Shown piece after piece: positions 16,449 through 26,042 of a stretch of 64,000 nt of DNA; position 1 is the stretch's first letter; the number at the start of each line of letters is the position of its first letter. The stretch comes from a bacterium. Lineage in GTDB: Bacteria > Patescibacteriota > Minisyncoccia > UBA6257 > Colwellbacteraceae. The stretch covers positions 74,334 through 138,333 of the forward strand of contig JAJYME010000007.1 in the NCBI GenBank assembly GCA_021787205.1. Reading direction: 5' to 3'. The translations under genes were made by a program, and so were the position numbers. Below the pieces are notes generated by a model. It worked only from the letters and a program-made list of their open reading frames with translations, did not search any database and had not been told where the DNA came from.

Positions 16449-18200
16449 CTACTTCTTCAATAATTCCTTGAAGATTTCCGGAGAGATGGTCACCCGACCA
16501 CGCTCCTTCAATCTTTTTTTACCGCGTTGCTGTTTCTTCCAAAGCTTTTCTTTTCTGGTTCGGTCTCCTCCATAGAGATAACCGGTGACGTCCTTTTTCA
16601 TAGCGGAGATATCCTCTCTCGCCAAAATCTTTCCCAACGCCTTGACCTGGATAACTTGGGTAAAGAGAGCTTTCGGAAGCAGCTCTTTCAACTCTTCAGC
16701 TGTTTTTCTGGCAATCCTTTCCGCTTCGTGCTTGTAAACGATCCTGGTCAATCCGGGAACTTCCTCAGTAGCCAGAATCACTTCCATCTTGGTGACGTTA
16801 GTCTTGGAATAACCGGCAAACTCGTAGCTGAAGGAGGCGAAGCCCAAGGAGACGGTCTTGATCTTATCATCAAAATCCGAAACGAGCTCAGACAACGGCA
16901 TCCTAGTCCTGACAATGACGTTGTCATCAAACGATTCTGTCTCAATTTCGTCCATTTGAAAGAACTCCTTCAAGGACAGAATCTTACCCAGGTAGGCCTG
17001 AGGAGTGACGATACGAACGATAACCACCGGCTCCATGACGCCGTTATTATCCTCTGGGAAATCCTTTGGACTTTGGATTATCGTCTCAACGCCCTGCTTG
17101 TCCTTCACTTTATAAGCGACTGAGGGGAAGCTGGTGATTACTTCAATATCAAACTCTCTCTCCAGACGGCTAGTGATGATTTCAAAGTGAAGCCTGCCTA
17201 AAAAACCGACTTTGAATCCTCTTCCCAAGACATCGCTATAATCCGAATCGATAGAAAGTGAAGCATCGGTAAGATGAAGTTTATTGAGGGCGCTCTTTAG
17301 ATTCTCATATTCGCCGCCATCCTCCGGATATAACGATACGAAAACTACCGGATTCGGCGGAGTATAACCGGGCAGAGGCTTGTCTCCGATCGTGTCTCCA
17401 ATACGCAAGATGCCCGGGTCTTTGATGCCGGTCGCGATATAACCGATGTCACCTTCCGAGATCTTATCCACCGGCGTCTGCTTCGGGGCGAAGACGCCGA
17501 CTTCTTTTATAAGAAAACTTTTATCGGCAGCGATCAGTCTCGTTGAAATCCTGGCTGAGAATTCGCCGGAAAAGATTCTGACATAAGCGATAATCCCCTT
17601 ATGGTCATCGTAGAAAGAATCAAAAATCAACGCCTGACTGCCCTCAGTAGCAGTAGGATGAGGAATGTCCCTCACTATGCCATCCAAGAGCTCCTTAACA
17701 CCTACACCGGTCTTTCCTGAAACTTTGAAGATTTCTTCTTCTGTCACTCCGATCAATTTTGCCAATTCTTTGATGACGGTGTTGAGTTGCGGAGGATTCA
17801 TGTCAACCTTGTTGACAGCGCCAATAATCCTGAGACCGGCCTTTTTAGCCGATTCAAAATTAGCCAGAGTCTGGGCCTGGATTCCCTGAGTCGCATCAAC
17901 CAAAAGAACCGCGCCTTCAACCGCTTTCAAGGCGCGGGAAACTTCGTAACCGAAGTCGGAATGGCCGGGGGTATCGATGAGATTCAAGACATAATTCTTT
18001 CCCTCATACTGATACTTCATTTTGACCGGCGCCATCTTGATGGTAATCCCCCTTTCACGCTCCAGTTCCATCTGATCCAGGAACTGAGGCTTCATCTCTC
18101 TAGAAGTAATCGTTCCCGTCACCTCCAGCATTCTGTCCGCCAAAGTTGACTTTCCGTGGTCAATGTGGGCAATAATGACAAAGTTTCTAATAAAATCCAT
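16449..18200 (-). CDS. lepA: translation elongation factor 4
   Basis: G-domain motifs AHIDHGKST, DTPGH, NKVD; full-length LepA similarity including the unique C-terminal domain. Confidence 0.95.
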   Translation of the reverse strand: MDFIRNFVIIAHIDHGKSTLADRMLEVTGTITSREMKPQFLDQMELERERGITIKMAPVKMKYQYEGKNYVLNLIDTPGHSDFGYEVSRALKAVEGAVLLVDATQGIQAQTLANFESAKKAGLRIIGAVNKVDMNPPQLNTVIKELAKLIGVTEEEIFKVSGKTGVGVKELLDGIVRDIPHPTATEGSQALIFDSFYDDHKGIIAYVRIFSGEFSARISTRLIAADKSFLIKEVGVFAPKQTPVDKISEGDIGYIATGIKDPGILRIGDTIGDKPLPGYTPPNPVVFVSLYPEDGGEYENLKSALNKLHLTDASLSIDSDYSDVLGRGFKVGFLGRLHFEIITSRLEREFDIEVITSFPSVAYKVKDKQGVETIIQSPKDFPEDNNGVMEPVVIVRIVTPQAYLGKILSLKEFFQMDEIETESFDDNVIVRTRMPLSELVSDFDDKIKTVSLGFASFSYEFAGYSKTNVTKMEVILATEEVPGLTRIVYKHEAERIARKTAEELKELLPKALFTQVIQVKALGKILAREDISAMKKDVTGYLYGGDRTRKEKLWKKQQRGKKRLKERGRVTISPEIFKELLKK

Positions 18201-18203
18201 TGC

Positions 18204-19676
18204 TTATAATCTAACAAGAGTTAGCACAATTGGCAATTCTTCTACAGAATCAAGGCTCTCATAGACATATTCGCTTTTTCCGGTTTCCTTAAAAACATAT
18301 CCGCCAGAAACGGTAATCTTGATCGAGACTGGCATATCCGCCCCCTTTAGCCCTTTATAGAGGAACCTGTAAGACCTTCCTGAAAGCATATCCATTTTAT
18401 CTCGGTATTTAAAAGAAAAGATTCTTCCAATATTGTCGAACTCCTTAACGGAGAGACTATCCGCCAAGCCTTCCAAACCGGCTGTCCTCTTGTTCTCGTT
18501 ATTCGCATTAAGAAATTCAACCGTCTTCGGAACGATGACAAAAAGGTTTTCCAATCCTCTTAAAGAATCCGGCTCCACCCTCTTTAAGGTAACTTCCGTT
18601 TCCTCAGTCCCGTCGGAGAAAAGCTCGGTATTGATTTCCACCTTCGCCCTCAAGGGACTGCTTTCCGAGGCGGTGAAAACTGGCCTTAAGGAAAGATGAT
18701 TAGTCTCCGGAGAGACCTCCGATCTTTTTTCTTTGGGTAAAACGACTTGAAGATTCCCGGCATCGATAATCTTTCCAACATCCTCGGAGAAAGAGAGCAG
18801 TTTTTCCATTGAAAAAATTACTAACCTTTCCCTGGAAACAAACAGGATAGATTTTAAGAAATCCTTCTTCTTTATAACGGCCTCTCTGATGTTGTCGCTA
18901 TCGACAACTATCTTTTCATCCGGAAACTCAATAATGCCGAGATCGTTTACGATTCGGCGGATTCCAGAGAGGTTGATGGCGATAAACGCCAGCTCGTCCT
19001 CGGGGTAAGATTGTTTAATCTTGAAAGCGAGGCTATCAAGATCGGCATAACCGCTCCTTGTAAGGAGGCTGGCAACTTCGGGGGTCGGAGTTAGCTCATT
19101 ATCGAGATCCAGTTTTCCGGAAGAGACTGGATATATCCTTGACTCTAAAATCTTTCCTCCAAGCGGACTGATCTGATTTTCGTCGATGAGCAAGAAAACA
19201 ATCTTCCCATCAGCGGCCATAATTCTCTTAATGGTAGAAATCCTAGTCTCCATCTCAGTCAAATCCAACTGCTTGGAAAGATAGCTTTGGCTCCCGGAAA
19301 CGGAGGCGACGGACATAGATCTAGTCCTTAATTCCTTAAGATCCGCAACTGAGGAAAGGAAATTATCCGTTAGTCTAAGCAGATTGTCGCCGTCAGTCAG
19401 GGCGTACTTGAAAAAATCAGCCGAAAAGGCATCCCTAGCCTTCTCAAAATTGCGAATTTCCGGGACATCGGAATGAGCCGCCACTTTTTTAGTCGCAGTA
19501 AAGGGATTCCATTCAGAAAAGGATAAAATATCATCAAGATGCCCGTTTTTGGGGTCAGCTTCAACCACGCGAATATCCGGATGCTTTTTTATCAAGGCAA
19601 CGCCTCCAAGCCCCGCCCCGACCGCAATAAGGATAAGAAAAAAAGCCACAACCGAAGGTTTTCCCTTTAGTATCAT
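18204..19676 (-). CDS. membrane-anchored extracytoplasmic protein, hypothetical
   Basis: 490 aa with an N-terminal TM anchor (VVAFFLILIAVGAGLGGVAL). LCP-family similarity was considered, but the conserved Arg/Asp residues are not evident. Confidence 0.5.
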   Translation of the reverse strand: MILKGKPSVVAFFLILIAVGAGLGGVALIKKHPDIRVVEADPKNGHLDDILSFSEWNPFTATKKVAAHSDVPEIRNFEKARDAFSADFFKYALTDGDNLLRLTDNFLSSVADLKELRTRSMSVASVSGSQSYLSKQLDLTEMETRISTIKRIMAADGKIVFLLIDENQISPLGGKILESRIYPVSSGKLDLDNELTPTPEVASLLTRSGYADLDSLAFKIKQSYPEDELAFIAINLSGIRRIVNDLGIIEFPDEKIVVDSDNIREAVIKKKDFLKSILFVSRERLVIFSMEKLLSFSEDVGKIIDAGNLQVVLPKEKRSEVSPETNHLSLRPVFTASESSPLRAKVEINTELFSDGTEETEVTLKRVEPDSLRGLENLFVIVPKTVEFLNANNENKRTAGLEGLADSLSVKEFDNIGRIFSFKYRDKMDMLSGRSYRFLYKGLKGADMPVSIKITVSGGYVFKETGKSEYVYESLDSVEELPIVLTLVRL

Positions 19677-19712
19677 ACTAACCAGTATATCTTATTTTGA
19701 ATGGCGTATCCA

Positions 19713-20264
19713 TCAAATATCCACCTCTCGTTTCCCCCTAAGAATCCTCCTGAACTTGATCAATTGGAGAATTATAAGCAAGATAACGACCGCCATGGCT
19801 GCTAAAATCAACCAAAAATAAAGATATAACCCGCCGATACCCCTCTTAACCATAAAGGTAGTCGAAATCTCCTCAGCAACCCCGCCTTGATCGACTGGCT
19901 CATAGGTCTGGATGAATATATTCAAAGTCTTCATGCCTCCCTTGGCGTCGCTTGGCACGGTCATGTAATCAATAAATGACGCCTGGGTTTCTACCGCTCT
20001 CAATACGTTTTCTCTGGCGATTATCGTATTCCCGTCGAACATCTGATACTCAATCCTTAAATCCCGTCTCCTTGTGTTTTCCGGATATTTTATCTCAACG
20101 TCAAAAAACACCTTATCGCCAGCCTTGACTTCAGTGTAGTTATCCGCGATTCTTGTTTCCAAGGATAGGGCGCTCGCCTTGGTGAACGTCGCAAAAAATA
20201 CGACTCCACATAAAGCGAGTATTAATGGCATTCTTTTATTTTTTATAAGACTTGTTTTCTTCAT
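19713..20264 (-). CDS. surface protein with signal peptide and C-terminal TM anchor, hypothetical; first gene of the surface cluster
   Basis: N-terminal signal (MPLILALCGVVFFATFTKASA) and a C-terminal hydrophobic helix plus basic tail (LYLYFWLILAAMAVVILLIILQLIKFRRILRGKR). Confidence 0.5.
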   Translation of the reverse strand: MKKTSLIKNKRMPLILALCGVVFFATFTKASALSLETRIADNYTEVKAGDKVFFDVEIKYPENTRRRDLRIEYQMFDGNTIIARENVLRAVETQASFIDYMTVPSDAKGGMKTLNIFIQTYEPVDQGGVAEEISTTFMVKRGIGGLYLYFWLILAAMAVVILLIILQLIKFRRILRGKREVDI

Positions 20265-20308
20265 CCGAACGATGGTCCGCTTTTAGACAAATGCAGTCTT
20301 GTTTGTTT

Positions 20309-21268
20309 TTATTTTTTTGATTTCAGGTTCTTGTTGACGGTAAAGATCAGAAAACCAACGAATAGTGACATAACTCCGATCAGGACGACGGGAACGAAGG
20401 GGGCGAGTTTCCGATTGCTAAAAGAATCGGTCCTCTGACCATCCTCCGACTTGATTGAAAAGGGCACAGAAAAAGTGTCTCTGATATCGTTGCCGTAAAC
20501 CGTATCAAGACGCAAAACGTATTTTCCTTCCGGGACACTGGGGGCGTATAAAAAATTCCTGTTATAAACCGCTTCGGTTTGAACAGATGTCGTATTTGTC
20601 TCCTTCCATATCTCCCCGCCTCTTGAGTCGATTACCGTAAACACCATATTCACCGGAGTAGAATCGCTTCCAAAGTTCTCGAAGGTGACATGAGCGGAAA
20701 GATCCTGAAGCTTTTTTATCTCGGCGGCGTCTATAAGAAGCCTTATATCAAAGACATGACTTAAGGATGGGTCCTTAACAGTCCCACCTACATCTCCCCG
20801 CCCGGTATATGGCTCGCTCCTGTAGATAGAAGGCCGATAATCGGTATAAATAATGCAGTTCTTGCAATCAAAGTTTATAACCCCGAACTTATCGCCCTCC
20901 AATCTTCCGGAAATCCTTCCCGATCTATCAATAAAGACGCCGTTAAAATCAATCCAGCCTAAATTATCATTCCAAGCTAACCCAGACATTCTGCCGTCCC
21001 TCGAAATCATAACGCCGCCGTCCTTCGGGGCCATATTGATCCACCCATAATTCGCATTCCAGACATACCCCGTCAGGCCGTTATCCGTAATTCTCACATT
21101 GCCATTCGGAGCTCCGAAGTTCAACCAACCCATCTCACTCCCCCAAGCATAGCCGTCATTTTTGTTCCCCAAAATGATATAGCCATCCGTCGTCGAGGCT
21201 CTGGCCCAATCAGAGGTGAATAAGATCATTGTCGAGAATAATATTGTTAAGAATATTTTTTTATTCAT
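20309..21268 (-). CDS. cell-surface repeat protein, paralog of 21328..22755: signal peptide, ~25-aa GW repeats (GYAWGS..GW.NF), conserved C-terminal domain, TM anchor
   Basis: Repeats GYAWGSEMGWLNFG / GYVWNANYGWINMA / GLAWNDNLGWIDFNG. The C-terminal FDIRLLIDAAE...TVQTEAVYNRNF...GKYVLRLDTVYGN block is shared with the neighbour, followed by a C-terminal TM. Confidence 0.6.
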   Translation of the reverse strand: MNKKIFLTILFSTMILFTSDWARASTTDGYIILGNKNDGYAWGSEMGWLNFGAPNGNVRITDNGLTGYVWNANYGWINMAPKDGGVMISRDGRMSGLAWNDNLGWIDFNGVFIDRSGRISGRLEGDKFGVINFDCKNCIIYTDYRPSIYRSEPYTGRGDVGGTVKDPSLSHVFDIRLLIDAAEIKKLQDLSAHVTFENFGSDSTPVNMVFTVIDSRGGEIWKETNTTSVQTEAVYNRNFLYAPSVPEGKYVLRLDTVYGNDIRDTFSVPFSIKSEDGQRTDSFSNRKLAPFVPVVLIGVMSLFVGFLIFTVNKNLKSKK

Positions 21269-21327
21269 AATTATTAATTAACCCAATCATTGGGCCTCGA
21301 CCTCATTGTCGGGAATCGCCTCTTTTT

Positions 21328-22755
21328 TTATATTTCCATTTTCTTTTTTTGTTCGTCTCTTTTCTTTTTAAGAAGGAAGAAGATAACGCCGACCGACACG
21401 ATAGCTGCAAAGCCGGCCAATAACCAATAAGGAGAAAAAACTTTCTTCCGACTTATTTCAAAATCAGCAAAGAATGTATCCTCGACATTTTGATTGTAGA
21501 GAGTCTTAAGTCTTAGTCTGTATTTTCCGGGCGCCAACTCGCCGGCATCGAAGAATCTTTTAATAAAGACTGCTTCGGTTTGAACCGTGGTCGAATCAGA
21601 ACCGCTCCAAACCTCTTCGCCTCCAGCGTTGATAATGGCAAATTCCATATTGATTGGAGTCGGAAGACGACCAAAACTGGTGAACATGACTCTCGCTACC
21701 AAGTCGCTAGCTTTGGAAACGGCGCCGCTATCCAACAAAAGCCTGATATCGAACAACTGGGCAGGCTGAGCCTCTTCTGGCGCCGGGGCGGGAGTCGGAG
21801 CGGGAGAAACCGCAGTCGGGACAATGCCGGGAGCGGGGGTGGGAGCAAGAGCAACGCCGGGAGCTGGAGTTGATGGAGCTGCCGGAGCAGGCTGGGCATA
21901 ATCAATCGAATTCGAAATCGTATCGGAACACGAGCCCCACTGTGTGCAGAACTTGGCATAGACAGTCTTCCTGCCAAAATCACCAGGCAATACCCAAGGC
22001 ACGGTAACGGAGGCGGATTCCCGATCGTATCTTATCTGGGAAGGGGTAGCCATATTGGCATCATTTGAAAGCCAGACCAGGTCAGTATTCCCATTGCCTA
22101 AGAGGGTCAGGGCCGTATTGACCGAAGCGGTCACTGGGGCGCCGTTATTTATCAAGACGTTAAAGCCGCCAGGCGGAGTGATGATCCCCTGTGGCGGAAC
22201 AACGCCTCCAGAGATTCCACCTCCTCCACCGCCGCCACCACCGCCACCACCGCCAACGGCTCGATAGCTTATCGGCCGAAAATCGGTCATGACATTACAA
22301 TTTGCGCAACTGAAATTAATCGTACCGACATTATCACCAATAGCCTGACCAATAAATCTGCCGGCAGAATTAATCAAAACACCGGAGAAATTAACCCAAC
22401 CGACGTTCGAACCCCAGGCAAATCCGGAAAGATTGCCGCTCGAGTCGACTCTAATACCGCCATTTGATGGCGATAAGCCGATCCAACCGGAATTGGAATT
22501 CCAGACATACCCGGTCAGGCCGCTATCTGTAATTCTCACGTTGCCGTTCGCGACCCTGAAATTAATCCAGCCAACCTTGCTACCCCAAGCATAACCGTCA
22601 TTGACAGTATTAGTCACGATCGTACCATTAGTTTCACTCGCCATTACGGTAAATGAAGTAAAGGTGAAAACAGCCAAGAGACCAACGCTGAAAATAAAGA
22701 GAAAACGTTTTTTAATTTTTAATCTTTCTTTCATCTGTCTTTTTTGAAATATCAC
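21328..22755 (-). CDS. cell-surface repeat protein paralog with a poly-Gly tract and a Pro/Ala-rich linker
   Basis: Same GW repeats and C-terminal domain as 20309..21268, plus G14 (encoded around 22215-22256) and an APAAPSTPAPGVALAPTPAPG... linker; C-terminal TM. Confidence 0.6.
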   Translation of the reverse strand: MIFQKRQMKERLKIKKRFLFIFSVGLLAVFTFTSFTVMASETNGTIVTNTVNDGYAWGSKVGWINFRVANGNVRITDSGLTGYVWNSNSGWIGLSPSNGGIRVDSSGNLSGFAWGSNVGWVNFSGVLINSAGRFIGQAIGDNVGTINFSCANCNVMTDFRPISYRAVGGGGGGGGGGGGGISGGVVPPQGIITPPGGFNVLINNGAPVTASVNTALTLLGNGNTDLVWLSNDANMATPSQIRYDRESASVTVPWVLPGDFGRKTVYAKFCTQWGSCSDTISNSIDYAQPAPAAPSTPAPGVALAPTPAPGIVPTAVSPAPTPAPAPEEAQPAQLFDIRLLLDSGAVSKASDLVARVMFTSFGRLPTPINMEFAIINAGGEEVWSGSDSTTVQTEAVFIKRFFDAGELAPGKYRLRLKTLYNQNVEDTFFADFEISRKKVFSPYWLLAGFAAIVSVGVIFFLLKKKRDEQKKKMEI

Positions 22756-22776
22756 AATTAAAGAACCCTCTCATTT

Positions 22777-25700
22777 TTAATTGCTGCCAGCCGCCTCACC
22801 TTGCGGCTGAGGAACGACAGGATCAATATTCTCGACCGGCGATGTTGATGGGATAACCTCGGGTAATGGGGTCGGCTCCGGAGCAATTTGAGATTCGCCT
22901 TCTGATAAGGTCCCCGATTCCGAAGGTTCAACCGGGCTGGTTTCTGACTCCGGCCCGGGGTTATCGGCTTCGCTAGGCTGCGGAAAATCCAGTTTTTCCT
23001 CCACTATTGGCGCATCAGATGAGGAAGATTCGACAACTCCTGATTCCGGCGGAGTGGCACTCTCCTCGGTTACACTAGGCGCTGAAGAAACAGGGACGAC
23101 GGGTGAAGCCGGCTGATCAAATTCAAAGAGTTTCTCTCTCTGGGCAAATGCATGCCAGAGAATCTTTACGTCGTTTTGAGGAATATATCCCTCACCGAAG
23201 GAGACGGAGAATCCGATCTTGGTGATGTCTTTTACGTACACAGGAGCATACTCTTTAAAGGAGGTAGCGGTGATGATTGGGAAAAAGTCGTAAGCACTCG
23301 AGAAGGAAACGCTGGCAGATGTTTCTCCGGCTCTCACAATTACCTCTCCAACAGAATCCTTATCAAGAGTGACATGTCCCCCGATAGAAATGGCGCCGGA
23401 AACGACCAAATCATTCAAGTCAGACTGAGAAACACCTGGGACGTTTAATGAAGCGATCTGGCTCTGCAAACTATTGATTTCAAGTTGCTGCTCATTGATA
23501 GCATTCACAAGAATCGGCGCCAGATGGGAATAAGCTATTCCCTTATATCCATCTTTATCCGTCGAGACGATTTCAGGGACGACCTGCTCCATCTTTTGAG
23601 CGCTAAACCCTATTTGAGGCGCAGAACCTCCGATAACGTTGTACCTTATCCCTTCCATTCTGGATACAAGACTCAGGGCATTATCGATCTTTGTGATGTT
23701 CTCCTTAAACCTCTCATCGGAAGAACTTTGCCAAGCTCCAAATTCATCGACATAACCATAGTTGCTCTTTTCCCCGACTTGGAACCTGTAAGACGATGTC
23801 TTCGTCCCGATTCCTATCTTTGAAGCTACCAAACCGTCGGTCGAAATGCTTGCGGAATAAATCCGAGCAATGGCCGATTCTGGCAAGATGGTCATATTGT
23901 TGTCCCGATAAAAAGTAAACTTATCGACTGCATCATAAGGTACCTCGGTCTTAACGCCGTTAAATAAATCTAAGCCGTCAACCAGTTGGTCATTAAAATT
24001 ATATTGAGTAATGGCATCGGGATTCGAGATGCTGCGAGTTTCTATTCTTGCAATCGGACTATCATCTTGCCAGGCCCGAATATAATCAAGATCGATTTGT
24101 CTGGAACCGGTAGTCTCAGTATGCATATTATACAAGGCCACGCCTAAATCCGCCGTCGGCCCGGCGCCAGAGACGGTTCCGCAATCGGTAAAATTAATAC
24201 CATCCGAGACGTCATAATCCATCAAGAATCTTACCGAAGTCGAGCTTTCGACTTGGATCCTTCCTAAGGCGAAAGCGGTGGTGCTGATTGTCCCAGAGCA
24301 GGTGACCGTACCAACGGTCGAGCCAGCGCTGCGGACAACTCCCACCCAGGAGGCATCATTGTTAGTCCAGAAGAAGATTCCGTTATTAGGCAGGGCATCA
24401 TTGGCTACCGGCGCCGCCGTCGCCCTATCCATCAGCCCCCAGACAATATCGTTGGTTGCATTGGTGACGTTAGTCCTGACTTTCATCTGGACGACCGGCA
24501 ATGAGGCTTTGGAGAAAATAGAGCTTAAGGCATTTCCGGCGGCACCAAAACCGATCAGAGCGCCAGTGTTGCTAGTCGTGCCGAAAGTCAGCCTGGCGAA
24601 GCCGCCGATACCGTCAAACGCCGTATAGGAAACGTTGTTGGAGGTGGTGTCAAAATACATCTGACCATTATCACCAATAACAGCGTTATCTGCCGTAATA
24701 GCGTTGGACGTATCGGCATTGAATTCCTCCGAAAAATAGGAGTTATTCCCAAAGAAACCGCCGGATTCAACTAACCCTCCGAAGACTTGGGTTCTGTTTT
24801 GAATCTTGAGGACGGAATAAGGAGTTACTCCATCAGAAGAGAAATCCAAGCCGTTGGGAATATAAACAGTGCTTCCATTCAGAGTAACAGTATCGGTTGA
24901 AGCGTTGCCAAGGATAGAATTTCCATTGACGGACAGGTCGTTATTGAATGTCTTATTACCGCCAAAAGTCTGGGTTGCGGCCGAAGTCAGGCCGGGATTG
25001 GTGATATCCGCCAGAGAGAGAGTGAGCACATTACTGGAAATTGAACCGCCGTTAGCGCTTGAACCGCTTGGAGTCGCAAGAGAAGTGATTATATTCGATC
25101 CGCCGGAAATCTTTGTGATGGCGATTCCTGCCGAACTATTGATGTCGGCGTCCATTATCGTCCCATTCAGAATCTTCGCAGAAGTAATCGCATCATTAGA
25201 GATAGTTAGAGCGCCAGTGTTGGAGAGGGTGGCGTCATTGGAAATTGAGACTGCGGCGGCGGTATTCGAGCCATTACCCACCCAGATCAAGCCGCTGTTT
25301 AAGGCAGTCCCTAATTTATTATTGAAAGTGCTCCAATCGGTGGAGGTGAGCGCTCCGCGAGCGGTCGCGGAAGCACTTGGAATATTGAAGGTATGTGTCG
25401 TTCCAGCGGAACTGATACCAAAATCCATTCCGGCAGTACCCGTGGCAAAAGTCTGGGTCGTCCCGGTCAGTCCGTTCAAAGACGTAATGCCCGAACCAGG
25501 CGAACCAAGAGCAGACCAACCAGTATTCACACTGTCGGTTGCCTTTACATACAAAACCCCATTAGCAGTATCGAGGGCAAGAGAACCCATGTCGGCAGAA
25601 ATATTTCCCTCCGGAGTGCCGGCCCTATTGTAAATACCAAAAGAATCAGTGCCATCACTGAAGTTAAGCCATTGTCCGGCAGAAGTCCTTGTAAACTTCG

Positions 25701-26034
25701 GCAAACCGGCGCCTGTGATGGCTAGCGTCAAATCGTTTCCACCAAGAGTGACTGAAGTTCCAGCATCGACAGTGAGAGCGTCGGCTAACTTTGTGAAATC
25801 AAGCGAATCATCAGTCAAGGCGATGGTGACTCCGGCATTCTCCGTGCCTGAGTTTGCAATGGTAAAGATGTTTTGTCCGCTGTCAGCAAGCGTAGCAACA
25901 TAATTGCCGGTGGTGTCAGCGCCAAGGGCGACAGCATTGCTGCCTATGGTTAAAGCCCCAGTATTACTTATCGTCGCATCACCCGACAAGGCGACACCGG
26001 TCGCGACATTAGATATGTTACCCACAAAAATCAA
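22777..26034 (-). CDS. large tail-fibre-like surface protein with beta-helix-type repeats and a phage-type intramolecular chaperone (peptidase S74-like) domain; probably the downstream part of a gene split by a frameshift from 26043..26837
   Basis: Recurrent G(A/L)LTSTDWSTFNNKLG / TGALTI repeats. SSDERFKENITKI...GIRYNV...GFSAQKMEQVVPEIV matches the SD.R.K.NI consensus of endosialidase/tail-spike C-terminal chaperone domains. About 300 further residues (Pro/Glu/Ser-rich) follow the domain. The track start TTG at 26034 is in frame with upstream coding sequence. Confidence 0.7.
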   Translation of the reverse strand: MIFVGNISNVATGVALSGDATISNTGALTIGSNAVALGADTTGNYVATLADSGQNIFTIANSGTENAGVTIALTDDSLDFTKLADALTVDAGTSVTLGGNDLTLAITGAGLPKFTRTSAGQWLNFSDGTDSFGIYNRAGTPEGNISADMGSLALDTANGVLYVKATDSVNTGWSALGSPGSGITSLNGLTGTTQTFATGTAGMDFGISSAGTTHTFNIPSASATARGALTSTDWSTFNNKLGTALNSGLIWVGNGSNTAAAVSISNDATLSNTGALTISNDAITSAKILNGTIMDADINSSAGIAITKISGGSNIITSLATPSGSSANGGSISSNVLTLSLADITNPGLTSAATQTFGGNKTFNNDLSVNGNSILGNASTDTVTLNGSTVYIPNGLDFSSDGVTPYSVLKIQNRTQVFGGLVESGGFFGNNSYFSEEFNADTSNAITADNAVIGDNGQMYFDTTSNNVSYTAFDGIGGFARLTFGTTSNTGALIGFGAAGNALSSIFSKASLPVVQMKVRTNVTNATNDIVWGLMDRATAAPVANDALPNNGIFFWTNNDASWVGVVRSAGSTVGTVTCSGTISTTAFALGRIQVESSTSVRFLMDYDVSDGINFTDCGTVSGAGPTADLGVALYNMHTETTGSRQIDLDYIRAWQDDSPIARIETRSISNPDAITQYNFNDQLVDGLDLFNGVKTEVPYDAVDKFTFYRDNNMTILPESAIARIYSASISTDGLVASKIGIGTKTSSYRFQVGEKSNYGYVDEFGAWQSSSDERFKENITKIDNALSLVSRMEGIRYNVIGGSAPQIGFSAQKMEQVVPEIVSTDKDGYKGIAYSHLAPILVNAINEQQLEINSLQSQIASLNVPGVSQSDLNDLVVSGAISIGGHVTLDKDSVGEVIVRAGETSASVSFSSAYDFFPIITATSFKEYAPVYVKDITKIGFSVSFGEGYIPQNDVKILWHAFAQREKLFEFDQPASPVVPVSSAPSVTEESATPPESGVVESSSSDAPIVEEKLDFPQPSEADNPGPESETSPVEPSESGTLSEGESQIAPEPTPLPEVIPSTSPVENIDPVVPQPQGEAAGSN

Positions 26035-26042
26035 TCCGCTGT

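Noticed and set aside
18204-19676. Assigning the 490-aa anchored protein to the LytR-CpsA-Psr family
   Set aside because: Only loose resemblance in one segment, without the conserved Arg/Asp residues of the LCP domain. Left as hypothetical.
22215-22256. Poly-Gly coding tract as a slipped-strand phase-variation switch
   Set aside because: The tract is a mixed GGT/GGC/GGA/GGG codon run, not a homopolymer or a perfect short-unit repeat. Any length change would stay in frame, so an on/off switch is unlikely. It is recorded only as a possible length-variable linker.
22055-22267. Plus-strand poly-proline ORF (...PPPPPPPPPPPPPP...)
   Set aside because: It is simply the antisense of the (GGN)n poly-glycine tract of the minus-strand surface protein.
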